Assembly (NCBI GenBank): GCA_040220235.1
Contig: JAVJTO010000063.1
Origin: Coleofasciculus sp. B1-GNL1-01
Lineage (GTDB): Bacteria; Cyanobacteriota; Cyanobacteriia; Cyanobacteriales; Coleofasciculaceae
Length of the DNA stretch: 64,000 bases
Strand: one strand, 5' to 3'
Shown here: positions 31,601 to 41,200 of the stretch, in pieces
How positions within the stretch are numbered: the stretch's first letter is position 1
How the letters are laid out: every line of letters starts with the position of its first letter
Program-made: the position numbers and the translations under genes
Notes under the pieces: model-generated
Told to the model about the DNA's origin: nothing
What the model saw: the letters and a program-made list of their open reading frames with translations, nothing else
Databases searched by the model: none

Positions 31601-32415
31601 CAAAATCGTTCAGGTGCGCTGGGGGGTAAAGCGGGTAATGATTCTGGATTAGTTTCACGGTTACGGATTAACAAAATCGGATTTCCGGCGTTAGCAAAAA
31701 TTAGGGGTGGGGACAATTGATGAATCAAATCGGTCAGGGTATAGTTCGTCACCCAGCCAGGGAGATGGTTTCTGGAATCGAGTCCTAATAATAGAATGGA
31801 CGCCAACTGACTATATTTATCCGATTCAGTCGGATTCAGTTGTCGTGTTTGCAGGTTATCCTTGTCTCCCCATTTTCCCCTCTCCCCATCCCTTTGTGAC
31901 TGACAGGTGGCGATAAAACAACGACTGTATCCCTGACCCCGATATCCCGGATCAGCTTGGGTGAGGTCAACTCCTTCATCGTTACAATAGCAATCTAACC
32001 AAATAATTTGCTCTCGAACTGGACTTTGTTGCAACAAATCACGCAGCCATGACAGAGATAATCCCCAGTTACCGCGATTAGGGTTAATATCGCTGGTGGC
32101 TAAAAAACTGGTTGGTCTATCTTGGTGTTTGCAGAGTCCATAGCCAGAGAAATACAGCAGAACCGTATCGGGAATTGTGTTTCCTTCTGGTAACAAGAGT
32201 TGGACGAGTGCGGCTTCAAGTTGAGTCAGGGTAACTCGAATCGGGGTGGTTGAATCAACAGGAGTGTTAAAAGCCGGAATCCGCCTGACTTGGACATTAC
32301 CACGATCAATCAGGAGTTGCGCGATCGCCTCAGCATCTTTTGCTGGTGATGTCAAGTTTTTCAGGTGCTGAGTATCGTAAGTATTAATCCCAACGATCAA
32401 AGCCTGTCGATTCAT
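28666..32415 (-). CDS. Pseudo-orthocaspase + STAND (nSTAND1-type) NTPase + TM + WD40 repeat protein
   Basis: ALIVGINTY...DAEAIA caspase-like N-terminus with FSGYG / LDCYC; CPYKGL, GTCGSGKSS, LVVDQFEQ, LPLLQF; one TM helix; about 7 WD40 repeats. Confidence 0.9.
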   Translation of the reverse strand: MNRQALIVGINTYDTQHLKNLTSPAKDAEAIAQLLIDRGNVQVRRIPAFNTPVDSTTPIRVTLTQLEAALVQLLLPEGNTIPDTVLLYFSGYGLCKHQDRPTSFLATSDINPNRGNWGLSLSWLRDLLQQSPVREQIIWLDCYCNDEGVDLTQADPGYRGQGYSRCFIATCQSQRDGERGKWGDKDNLQTRQLNPTESDKYSQLASILLLGLDSRNHLPGWVTNYTLTDLIHQLSPPLIFANAGNPILLIRNRETNPESLPALPPSAPERFCPYKGLAYFDYKNEDPQYFYGRETLTDELLEHIRTNNFLAVIGTCGSGKSSLIRAGLLHQLQRGQRLSGTQEWLTLIFQPGEHPLQNLARSFINPHNPERDYQFAQTMKLLQMGAVGLGIVVRTMAEEQRLVLVVDQFEQVFTCCQDETERQQFFDCLLGGLERTNNQLCLVIGMRTDFLSHCANYPELVQKIQALMVTVTPMTREGLKTAIIKPAQQVGVEIESDLVTQLLLDVEDAASLPLLQFMLTQLWQRRPVDRLMVAEYYRWGKLQGAIEKHANRVYQSLSANEKQIAKGIFFALIQLNENGQVTARQVDPSELILSFQVKSRNRFKSVETCHGTSPTRSGNTESGKQEEKVSTAGHSSVVNSKPSPRKSRRGNTQPSVRVGFAPTLLSIAKRKLLNPFLHNQNYALEGREGSTLNTSSPTNAVNNFIGDRHSTKAVTAVMQKLIDAGLIVTHSGKWNQTLVTIAHEALIQHWSKLQQWVEEKRHGMRLQRQIEAAAIEWQTQGKPNRILSDLTLTEAEYYRDHLHLSTLGQDLIQQSLQHKRRRRGLAGGGLIFAIALLSLTTGMGMSRWYKTAQMAQREHLYKNAATVQNLLPVEPIKGLLLAIETTGQSYAKFQHVDQRIASSLWQAIEVARERDRLDHESAVNAVAFHPDNQILVSGTEDGLVHLWTRQDNLIRQSLPGHKDEVTGVAFSPQGQVIASSSQDGKIRLWTVPGQPLGQPFFGQDWITSIAWSPDGQFLVSGGKDGTVQVWNRQGNPISQPFMGHQGVVFTVAFSPDGETIASGSGDGTIRVWNRQGQPLGQPFRGHEGVVFDLAFSPNGERIVSGGRDGTVRLWNRQGELIGEPWRGHQGVVFAVAFSPDGKTIASGSGNGTIRLWNSQGQLRGKPLRGHQGAVRSLAFSPDGERLASGSQDKTVRLWDVRILPEPQDWQTGLRVACDRLENHPVFERPHPGTTLSRDICQAKGSRTRR

Positions 32416-32515
32416 AAGGAGTCGTCAATCCCTGTCAGCAGCATCCCGTTTTCCGGGCGTATTTAACTGATTCAGAGATTTTGCTCCTAGTCAGGACAAT
32501 TAGGGGAGTTACTTA

Positions 32516-32727
32516 GGGGCTGCTGAATAAGTGTTGTGGTGAGGGGGAGCGGGGGAGCGGGGGAAGCTGGGGAAGCTAGGGGAGCTAGAGGAGCTATGGT
32601 ACATTTTCCCTGAGCAAGGTGATGCCATACTTATGAAGGATGCTACCCCATTTCCTTGAAGAAAACCCTCTGTAAATAAAGCTCAAAGTATTGATATCTA
32701 AGGATTTTGGCTTTGTGCAGCAAGCTC
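32516..32727 (+). mobile_element. MITE, second copy of the 28427-28639 element
   Basis: Same ends and the identical internal stretch GGTGATGCCATACTTATGAAGGATGCTACCCCATTTCCTTG. Confidence 0.8.
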
Positions 32728-32829
32728 TAAGTAGGTCGGGCTGAAAACACTCAACTATGTAAAGATAGGTAAACAAGAGTTGCTGTTCTGTATGAGGTGC
32801 TGAGTTATTTTACTTTTTTTACGTTATTC

Positions 32830-33756
32830 ATGTCACTCCATCAAACTTCGGGTCGCTGGCGCTTGGGATTAGTGCTATCTTTAATTACTGTATTGATGTG
32901 GGGGATTCTCCCCCTAGCGCTAACCATAACTCTTCAGGTGTTGGATGTTTATACAATCACCTGGTTTCGTTTTCTTATGGCTTTTGGATTGCTGGCGCTT
33001 TTTTTAGCAACAAGACAAGAGTTTCCGTCATTACAGCAACTGCGGTCAGCGTCTCTGGGACTATTAGCGATCGCGACTCTTTTTTTAGGAGGTAATTACC
33101 TGCTATTTTTGCAAGGGTTAGGGCAAACGTCTCCCACAAATGCCCAAGTGCTGATTCAGTTAGCCCCCATGTTTTTAGGTTTGGGTGCTTTAGTTGTGTT
33201 TAAAGAACGCTATACTCTGCGTCAATGGATTGGTGTGGGTATTCTGGTGTTAGGATTTACTCTATTTTTCCATGATCGATTTCAAGTCGTCCTCACCTCA
33301 CGCTCGACCTATCTATTGGGTAATATGATTATTGTCTTAGCTGCTGTAACTTGGGCGATTTACGCTTTGGCACAGAAACAGCTTTTGCATAAATTACCCT
33401 CGACGACGATAATGCTGGTGATTTATGGCGGCTGTGCTGTATTATTCACGCCGCTAACCACACCGCAATCCCTTCTCAGTTTGAGTCCGTTACACCTGAG
33501 TTTACTCCTCTTTTGTGGGTTAAATACCCTGATTGCGTATGGGGCGTTTGCAGAAGCCTTGGAACATTGGCAAGCCTCGCGGGTGAGTGCGGTCTTGGCG
33601 CTGACGCCGTTGGTGACATTAAGTTCAGTTTGGATTGCTTCACGCTTTATCCCTAGATGGGTTGCACCAGAACAGTGGACAGGTTTAGGGTTATTGGGAG
33701 CAATGTTAGTCGTGTCAGGTTCAATTGCGATCGCATTAGGGCGTCGATTACCTTGA
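32830..33756 (+). CDS. DMT/EamA family transporter
   Basis: About ten TM helices in two EamA repeats (WGILP, TWFRF, KER, WAIYALAQK, AYGAFAEAL). Confidence 0.92.
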   Translation: MSLHQTSGRWRLGLVLSLITVLMWGILPLALTITLQVLDVYTITWFRFLMAFGLLALFLATRQEFPSLQQLRSASLGLLAIATLFLGGNYLLFLQGLGQTSPTNAQVLIQLAPMFLGLGALVVFKERYTLRQWIGVGILVLGFTLFFHDRFQVVLTSRSTYLLGNMIIVLAAVTWAIYALAQKQLLHKLPSTTIMLVIYGGCAVLFTPLTTPQSLLSLSPLHLSLLLFCGLNTLIAYGAFAEALEHWQASRVSAVLALTPLVTLSSVWIASRFIPRWVAPEQWTGLGLLGAMLVVSGSIAIALGRRLP

Positions 33757-34425
33757 AACACCGTTGGTCTTCCTGTAGGGGCAACCCGCTTGCATTCATT
33801 CACAACGCCAGTCCGGATAATTGGCTTGGGTCGCCCTTGGCTTAATTAAGTTTCATTACGGTAACTTCTGGGTGATAAATCAGGCTCATCAACTGCTTCA
33901 TCCTACGCCAGGACTGGTTTTCAGAGAAAACTTTAACCGGACGCGATCGCACGATTTGATGTTCAATATCACAATTATCCTGTGACGGAAATCTCTGGAT
34001 CATTACGGGCGTCATCGCTTAGGATGCAATAGTTCATCTCAAACCTATCGTGGTTTAAAGGAAGGGGCATTATGAACACCTCTTGGATTCGCACCGCAAC
34101 CATTACCGTCATTGATGTGGCTTTGCTTTGCACCGCCCCTCTATTAATTCAACTCTTTTCCCACTTGCCATAACTGGATTGACCGTTTCTCTGGGCGCTT
34201 GTGTAGATATTTTGCTTAGTCTCTAAGTAGGTGGACACAATTAAAGTGAACGGTTGAGATTAGGGAACAGGGAACAGGGAACAGGGAATAGGCAATAGGC
34301 AATAGGGTAATGGGCTATAGAAATTTTGTCTCCCATCTTCCCCAGCTTCCCCATCTTCCCTATCTCCCCATCACCCCATCACCCCCTCACCCCCTCACCA
34401 CAAAACGTTATTCAGTAAACCCTAC

Positions 34426-36057
34426 CTACATCGCCACCTTTGAGTTCAGCAACGGATAGCGCAGAATTAGCGTGTCAGAGGCAAGCTCATGCTCCTGGAT
34501 AAACTGAGTCACCTCTGTCTCCAGATCGGGTTGCGCCACCGCCACAAAACGCTGCACCATTGAGGCAACCGCGCAAACGACAATCAGATGAACTAATTCC
34601 TCGGCTGAATAAAGCTCTACTGCCGATTGCACAAACCGCCGAGGCGTTGTTAGTGGCGTCTGTGCTGAAATCCAGGCGAGTTGCAACGCTGCTTGCTCCC
34701 GCTGATCAAATAAGTCTGGGCGAGTTTCCTGCCCTGTGGCTACGGCAAAACAATGGCGAATTCGCTCCACTGATTGGGCTTTGTTTGTTGTCTGATGGTG
34801 AGCCATAAAGCCTTCAATGGCGGCTAGATAAGCATGATCTTTGGCAATAGCAGATACCCTTGCCATGAGGTGCTTGAGTTCTGCACTCAGGAGCGTATGA
34901 TCGCGATCGCCCATTAACTCCCCATACAAATAGGCATGGCGTTTTCGTAGGGGTTGGGGCCAACGTTGCATCCAATTGGGAAACACCCCAAATTCACGCT
35001 CAGTATAGGCGGTCAAATCCTCAATTTCCCCATCGTATTTAGCGAGCATCTGCTCGATTGAGGGTCCTCCGCTGGGTAGCTGATAATCCAGATTAGAAGG
35101 GTTTGCCAACTGAGCGGTGTGTCGCCCTGCCTCAATACCGCTTTGAGTGCTAGCCTGCTCTGCCCATTGCCCTTCTAGCTCTAGCCCTGTGAGATCATTG
35201 AAAACATTGAGAAACCCGAAGGCGGATACCATCATTTCTACACCTTCTATATAAGTCTGGGTGGTTTTCGGATCGCCTGCTAGGGTTTGGAGCTGGCTGA
35301 TCTGAGAATCCGTGACTTGGTTGCGCGTCGCCTCGGCTGCCAGATCCGCGATCGCTAATTCTAATGATCCAAAGGGATTATTTTCAGTCTTTTCTCCATC
35401 CCGGGCTTGCTTAAATTGCTGTACAATTTTGAGCGAATTTTCACCGCCTGTTGCCGCACTATGAACTTGGCAGTAAGAGCAACCGTGGGCATTGGATGTT
35501 GCATAACCAACCGAGAACATATTAATCGGTCCGAGTCCCTGTTTGCCGTAGCCTACAGCCGAAAAATTATGGCAATAGACAAACAGCTTGTAAGCTTGAG
35601 TCCAATGGTATAGATAAGCAAACGTATTGGGCCAAAAGCCAAAGAATTGCTTATAAAAGTGCAGAATTGGCCACGTTTCTGGATCATCGCTCCGAAAACC
35701 ATCACTTTGAGGAATGACGTCACGCAGCACCCAATCTTCTGCCCCTTGGTGCAGGGTTTCATCGGAAATTGAGTCCAAGGGCAGGGTGGAACCTGCGGCA
35801 TTGAGCAGATCGTCTAGTTGTCCGCTAGCCTGTAAACGCTCTAAGTCCTCTGCACCGTTAATATGGTAGTCACCAATAAAAATTTGCGGCACGGTGGCGC
35901 TACCACTGAAGTAAACGGCGGCATCCGCATGGCGTGAGTTGGCTTTAATGTCGTACTCTTGATAGTCATGAATGCCCCTTTGTTTCAGGACGGCTTTTGC
36001 CCTGGCGCAATAGTTGCAATTTGGCTTAGTGAATAGGGTAATTTGAGCATTGCTCAT
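34426..36057 (-). CDS. Glutaredoxin fused to tandem AhpD/carboxymuconolactone-decarboxylase-like domains
   Basis: N-terminal CNYC, TVPQIFIG and ING.EDL (glutaredoxin). SNAHGCSYCQVH is an AhpD-type CxxCxxH. A second CMD-like repeat (LSAELKHLMARVSA...REQAALQLA) lacks CxxC. Confidence 0.75.
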   Translation of the reverse strand: MSNAQITLFTKPNCNYCARAKAVLKQRGIHDYQEYDIKANSRHADAAVYFSGSATVPQIFIGDYHINGAEDLERLQASGQLDDLLNAAGSTLPLDSISDETLHQGAEDWVLRDVIPQSDGFRSDDPETWPILHFYKQFFGFWPNTFAYLYHWTQAYKLFVYCHNFSAVGYGKQGLGPINMFSVGYATSNAHGCSYCQVHSAATGGENSLKIVQQFKQARDGEKTENNPFGSLELAIADLAAEATRNQVTDSQISQLQTLAGDPKTTQTYIEGVEMMVSAFGFLNVFNDLTGLELEGQWAEQASTQSGIEAGRHTAQLANPSNLDYQLPSGGPSIEQMLAKYDGEIEDLTAYTEREFGVFPNWMQRWPQPLRKRHAYLYGELMGDRDHTLLSAELKHLMARVSAIAKDHAYLAAIEGFMAHHQTTNKAQSVERIRHCFAVATGQETRPDLFDQREQAALQLAWISAQTPLTTPRRFVQSAVELYSAEELVHLIVVCAVASMVQRFVAVAQPDLETEVTQFIQEHELASDTLILRYPLLNSKVAM

Positions 36058-36225
36058 GATAATTCTCCAGTAATTTGAATTGTGGTAGTCTTTTTTTCAG
36101 AGCAGATCGGAGCAGCGGCGCATGGGGGAGGGCGTGCTGCCAGCATGGTGATATTCATCAGTTGGTCAGTGTTCTAGGTGATCGACAGACGATGCTCAGG
36201 CGATCGCACAGACACAATGCATGAT

Positions 36226-38211
36226 TTACTGGATTTGGGGTCGCCGTAGCCAAGCTACGCCAGCAGTAATGCAGAACAGAACAATGGCGGGTACTGGGCT
36301 ACCGCCAACCAGGAACAGATGGGTAAAGACGCCACCGAGCATAATGCAAGCCAGCAGCAAGCCACCTAAAAATGCCGTGCGTGGCAGCAAAATCAGCCCG
36401 GCACCGATCACTTCCAATACGCCCGTTAAGTAGCGGAACCATTGACCCCAACCAATGTCAGCAAATAGGGACACCATCTTTTCGACTCCTGCAAACTTTG
36501 AACCACCTGCCAGAAAGAAGGCGATCGCAGCGGCAATTTGTAATACCCAAACTAAAATTTGTTTCCATCGAGTCGGTTGGGTTGTGCTTGTGTCCTGATT
36601 TTGTTTCTCAGTCCTGAGATCGCTTTTTTCGATTGTCGTCGTTTTCCACTGCGGCAATTGCTGTTTAAAGGCATCAGCATTGAGAGTGGTAAGATCGCAG
36701 GCAACATAAGCATCTGGACGCACCAGAATCACGCGACCCGTTTGCGAACCAAGCTTCGTCTCGAAATCACCGCGATAATCAACCAGCATGTTGGCGTTAA
36801 AATCATGAAACTCTGGCAAACCGTTGTTGAGAATGACATGAGGCTTCAGCATCTCGTCAGCCTGTTCCACAATCTGGGCGATCGCCTCTCGTGCCTCTTG
36901 TGCTTGGTTGGGATCGATGAACAGGAGAAGCGTGTAGCCAGGAAAGCTTAGGAGTTCATAAAGGCGCACTCGTTCATTTTCAGCACTCATCAGTTCCATA
37001 TCCGGTATCCGTGCGCCAGTCATTTCCCCGTTTCCCGACTCATAGCGAATGCCCAAGCCCGACAGATTCAGGGCAAGGTTTCGCTGTATCGGCGGCAGGG
37101 GAATGAATATGCGAAACAGCGCTTTACGCAGATATCGCCACAAGGGTTGGCGCAACAGTAGACTACGCAACAGAATATCGCTCGTCCATAACACACGCTT
37201 GCCAACTGTGTGCCGCTCCTGATTGTAGGTTTCTAGTAGTGCCTGCGGTGCTACGCCCTTGACAAAGAACGCCAACTTCCAACCGAGATTAAAGGCATCT
37301 TGAATGCCCGTATTCATCCCCTGACCGCCAGCCGGACTGTGGGTATGGGTCGCGTCACCGCCGAGGAAGACACGACCAACATGATAACAAGAGGCAAGGC
37401 GCAACGAAGAACCCCAGCGCGTCAGCCATTTGGGTTCACTCAACTGCACAGGTTTTTCCAGAATCGCGCTAATCGACTCTTGTAACTCTTCGAGCTTCAA
37501 CTCTCGTGTTTTGCGATCGCTCTGATACTTACTATCAATGGTGACAATTCGGTGGGAACCGTCTTTAAAGGGGACGATAAAGGCAAGCCCGCGATCGTTG
37601 GAATGTTGCTCGGTTCCTCCTTCAGCAGCATGTCCGTCCAGGTGAACATCACCGAGAAAGGCAGTCCAGTCATAGGACGATCCTTCAAAGGGCAGATTAA
37701 GCGTTTTTCGCACGGTGCTATGCGCTCCATCCGCACCAACGAGGTAGTGGGTTTCAATTTCGACGGTTCCTCCCTCGGCACATTCAACCGTACCGCGCAC
37801 GCCATCCTCCGTTTCGGTAAAGTTGGTCAGTGTACGCCCACGCTCAATTTCCACACCCAGTTCATTCAGGCGGCGTTCCATAATCGCTTCTGTATCAGCT
37901 TGGGGCAGAATCAGGATATAGGGAAACCGCGTGTCCAGCCCGTACATATTGGCTCGCAGTGGAGTTTTGGCGTTGGCGCTGAAGTCAATGCCGGGTGAGG
38001 TATAGCCGCGACGAACCATCTCGTCAGCAACACCGAGAATATCCATGAACTCCAATGTGCGGGCATGAACGACCAGTGCCTTACTGCGCGTGGATGGCTC
38101 AGTGCGACGTTCAATGATTCGCACCCTGATGTTGCGTCGGGCAAGTTCAATGGCGACAGTCATTCCCGTTGGACCAGCGCCTACAACTAGAACATCTATA
38201 GTTTGTGACAT
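36226..38211 (-). CDS. FAD-dependent (class A) monooxygenase with C-terminal DoxX-like membrane domain
   Basis: VVGAGPTG, GADGAHS, GDATHTHSPAGGQGMNTGIQDA, LVRPD; then a 4-TM tail (FFLAGGSKF...LTGVLEVIGAGLILLP...H). Confidence 0.88.
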   Translation of the reverse strand: MSQTIDVLVVGAGPTGMTVAIELARRNIRVRIIERRTEPSTRSKALVVHARTLEFMDILGVADEMVRRGYTSPGIDFSANAKTPLRANMYGLDTRFPYILILPQADTEAIMERRLNELGVEIERGRTLTNFTETEDGVRGTVECAEGGTVEIETHYLVGADGAHSTVRKTLNLPFEGSSYDWTAFLGDVHLDGHAAEGGTEQHSNDRGLAFIVPFKDGSHRIVTIDSKYQSDRKTRELKLEELQESISAILEKPVQLSEPKWLTRWGSSLRLASCYHVGRVFLGGDATHTHSPAGGQGMNTGIQDAFNLGWKLAFFVKGVAPQALLETYNQERHTVGKRVLWTSDILLRSLLLRQPLWRYLRKALFRIFIPLPPIQRNLALNLSGLGIRYESGNGEMTGARIPDMELMSAENERVRLYELLSFPGYTLLLFIDPNQAQEAREAIAQIVEQADEMLKPHVILNNGLPEFHDFNANMLVDYRGDFETKLGSQTGRVILVRPDAYVACDLTTLNADAFKQQLPQWKTTTIEKSDLRTEKQNQDTSTTQPTRWKQILVWVLQIAAAIAFFLAGGSKFAGVEKMVSLFADIGWGQWFRYLTGVLEVIGAGLILLPRTAFLGGLLLACIMLGGVFTHLFLVGGSPVPAIVLFCITAGVAWLRRPQIQ

Positions 38212-38249
38212 GAGAAATCTCCTGATTTGTTATTTGTCATTCGTATTGA

Positions 38250-41200
38250 TTAATTTTGTAGAGATAGAGTCCTTGGCTTTGATTGGTGTTCACGTCGATG
38301 TAGCAACAAATAAGCCGCCGGAGTGAAGTACAATGCTAGGATGGGTGAACCCCCGATCCCCCCCGCGATCGCAATGGCTAAGGGTTGCCAGAAGGAACCG
38401 CCACTAATCAGTAAGGGAATAAATCCAACCATTGTGGTAATTGTGGTCGTTAGGACGTGGCGCGTGGCTTTAATCACCACCTCTACAACCGCTTGGCGAT
38501 CGCCCTGACTCGCCCGTTCATCTTCATTAAAGGCAGACAGCACGATAATCGCCCCATTAATCGCAATTCCGACCAAACCCATCGTGCCGACAATCGCCAT
38601 GAAGCCCATCAGCGAACCGAATGCCCAGAGGGAAAACTGCGCCATGCCGATGGAACCCATCGCTACAACCGCGATAATTCCAGCCTGTCGAAATGAACCT
38701 AGGGACAACACCAGCGCTGTCATCATTACCAGTACCAATAAGGGAACATACAACAGCAAATTCCCAACCGCCTGGTTGCGTTCGGCATATTCACCGCCAA
38801 ACTCGTATCGGTATCCTGGTGGTAGTTCAACGTTCCTAGCTTTTAATTGGTGTTGCAAGTCACTCAGGACAGTTGCTGGTAAGACACCCGCCGTGATAAA
38901 CGCTTGCACCGTGTTCACTCGCTGTTCCTCCCGACGGGCAATGTTTGCCAACTCCGGCAGCAGGTTAAACTCACCTAGAGCAGAGGTGGGACGAAAATCC
39001 CGGTCATTTGCCTGTTCTGGACGCAAATCCAACGAGGCAATTTGACTTAAATCAGCGCGATCGGTATTCGTTAACCGTACCCGCACAGGTAGACTTTCCG
39101 TCGCCTCCAGAATCGAACCCCCAACCGCGCCCTCCAAATACGCTTCCAGTTGTTGCGCGATCGCGGTATTATTTAAACCCGCCTGTTTTGCCTGTTCGTC
39201 ATCCACATAAAGACCTAGTTTAGGCAGGGCTTCACTCAAATCATCGCGGACATGAATCACATCCGGGACTTCCGCTAAAATTCGCCGCACTTCCATCCCC
39301 AACCGCCTCAACTCCTGCAAAGAGGCTCCATAGATTCGCATCTCAACCGGAGCATTGTAGGGAGGTCCCTGTTGAAGCTGTTGGACGAGGATACGAGCTG
39401 AAGGAAATTCTCGATCTAATTCCTGTTGCAGTTGGTGAATTAACGATTGCGCTCCTTGGGCTGAATTCAGTTGCACCATCGCCTGAGCATAATGGGACTG
39501 ATTCTGCCGTGATCCGGTAAAGTTGTAATAGAATTTAGGCGCACTTTCGCCAATAAACCAGTGAACGTCTTCTACATTGGTATGTGCCAGGATAATCTCC
39601 CTGGCTTGGAGCATCTGGGTTTGGGTGTGAGCGATCGCGGTTTGGGGAGCAAATTCGACTTCAATTTGAAATTGATCGCGATCAACGAGGGGGAAAAACT
39701 GCTCATCCAGCGTTCTAGCCGTGATCAATCCGATCAGAGGCACCAGCATCGTCAGCGCAATCCCCAGTAACGGTTTAGCCGTGATCCGATTTAATGTCCA
39801 GCGATAGACACGCCCCAATCGTGGTGAGGAAAGTCCTTCATTCCACCAGGCTCCCGGCTGCATCAGAACCAGTAGCATCGATTGGAATACATTTCGTTGA
39901 GACTGACGTTGGTGTTCAAATTGGGCGGCTTTTGCCCGACTGTGAGCTAACATGCGCCCAGCTAAAGCAGCAATGATCGTCAGCGAGAGCGCCAGTGAGG
40001 AAATCAAGGATAGAATTACACTCAGGGCAATCGAACCCACAAATTCCCCGGCTGGACCCGGTAATAGGTAAATCGGTAGAAACGTGAGTACGGTGGTTAC
40101 GGTGGACGCCAGCAAAGGCACCTTCAAGTAGTTAACGGCTTTGGTGACGGCTGAGAGGGGGTTTTCCCCGGCTTGCATCTCAACCTGAATTTCATCGACA
40201 ACCACTACAGCATTATCAATCAGCAATCCCAAGGCAATGATCAGCCCCGTCACCGACATCTGCTGAATCGGAACCCCAACGACAGTCATCCAGCCAAACA
40301 CGGCAAACACAGTAAGCGGTAGCGCTGCTCCGACAACGAGGGCTGAGCGCCAACCCATACCCACCAGCGCCACGGCGACAACCAGCAGGGCACCAAATAT
40401 CAGGTTAGACAGCAGGCTGCCAATTCGCTGCTCCACATATTCACTTTGGTCAAAAATTAGGTCTAGACGAATTCCTTGAGGTAAGCGATCGCTAAATGCG
40501 TCCAGTTGCTGGCGAACATCCGTTGCCCAGTGGTCAATTCGTAATCCAGACTTCATCAGGATACCCAGCACAACGGCTGGCTTGCCACTAACCAAGGCTA
40601 AGTCAGTGGGGGGTTGCCGAATACCGCGATTGACTTGGGCGATATCACTCAGACGGGTAAACTGACCATTAGTGCTGGTTTGAATCGGAATTTGACGGAT
40701 TTGCTCCAGCGTCTCTAACTCACTTTCCACCTCAATCGTCAGATTTTGTTCAGGGCTACGAAGTTGACCAGCAGTTACTTTGGCGTCACTTAAATTAACC
40801 TGATTTGCCAACTGCTGAGGCGAAAGTCCCACTGCTACCAAATCAGGTGCATTGACTTCCACAACAATTTCTTCATTCGGATCACCGAAGAGTTCCACCT
40901 CTTGAGTCCCTTCAACGCCCCGCATAAGTACGGCTAATGCTTCGGCATAGCGGCGCAAGACAGCATAGTTGGGTTCATCAGATTGGTTCCAGGTGATAGA
41001 GGCGATAATCGTGTAAGCTTTGATTTTCGCCTCATCTAACTCTGGAACTCCCGCCCCCGCAGGAAACTGGGCAGAGGCATCATCGAGTTCGTCTCGCACC
41101 TTCGACCAAATTGGCTGGGTATTGGTGACTTGATCGACTAGCTCAACGGATACCGTGGAAAATCCGACCCGAGAGTTGGATTCTAGGGTTTTAATTTCTT

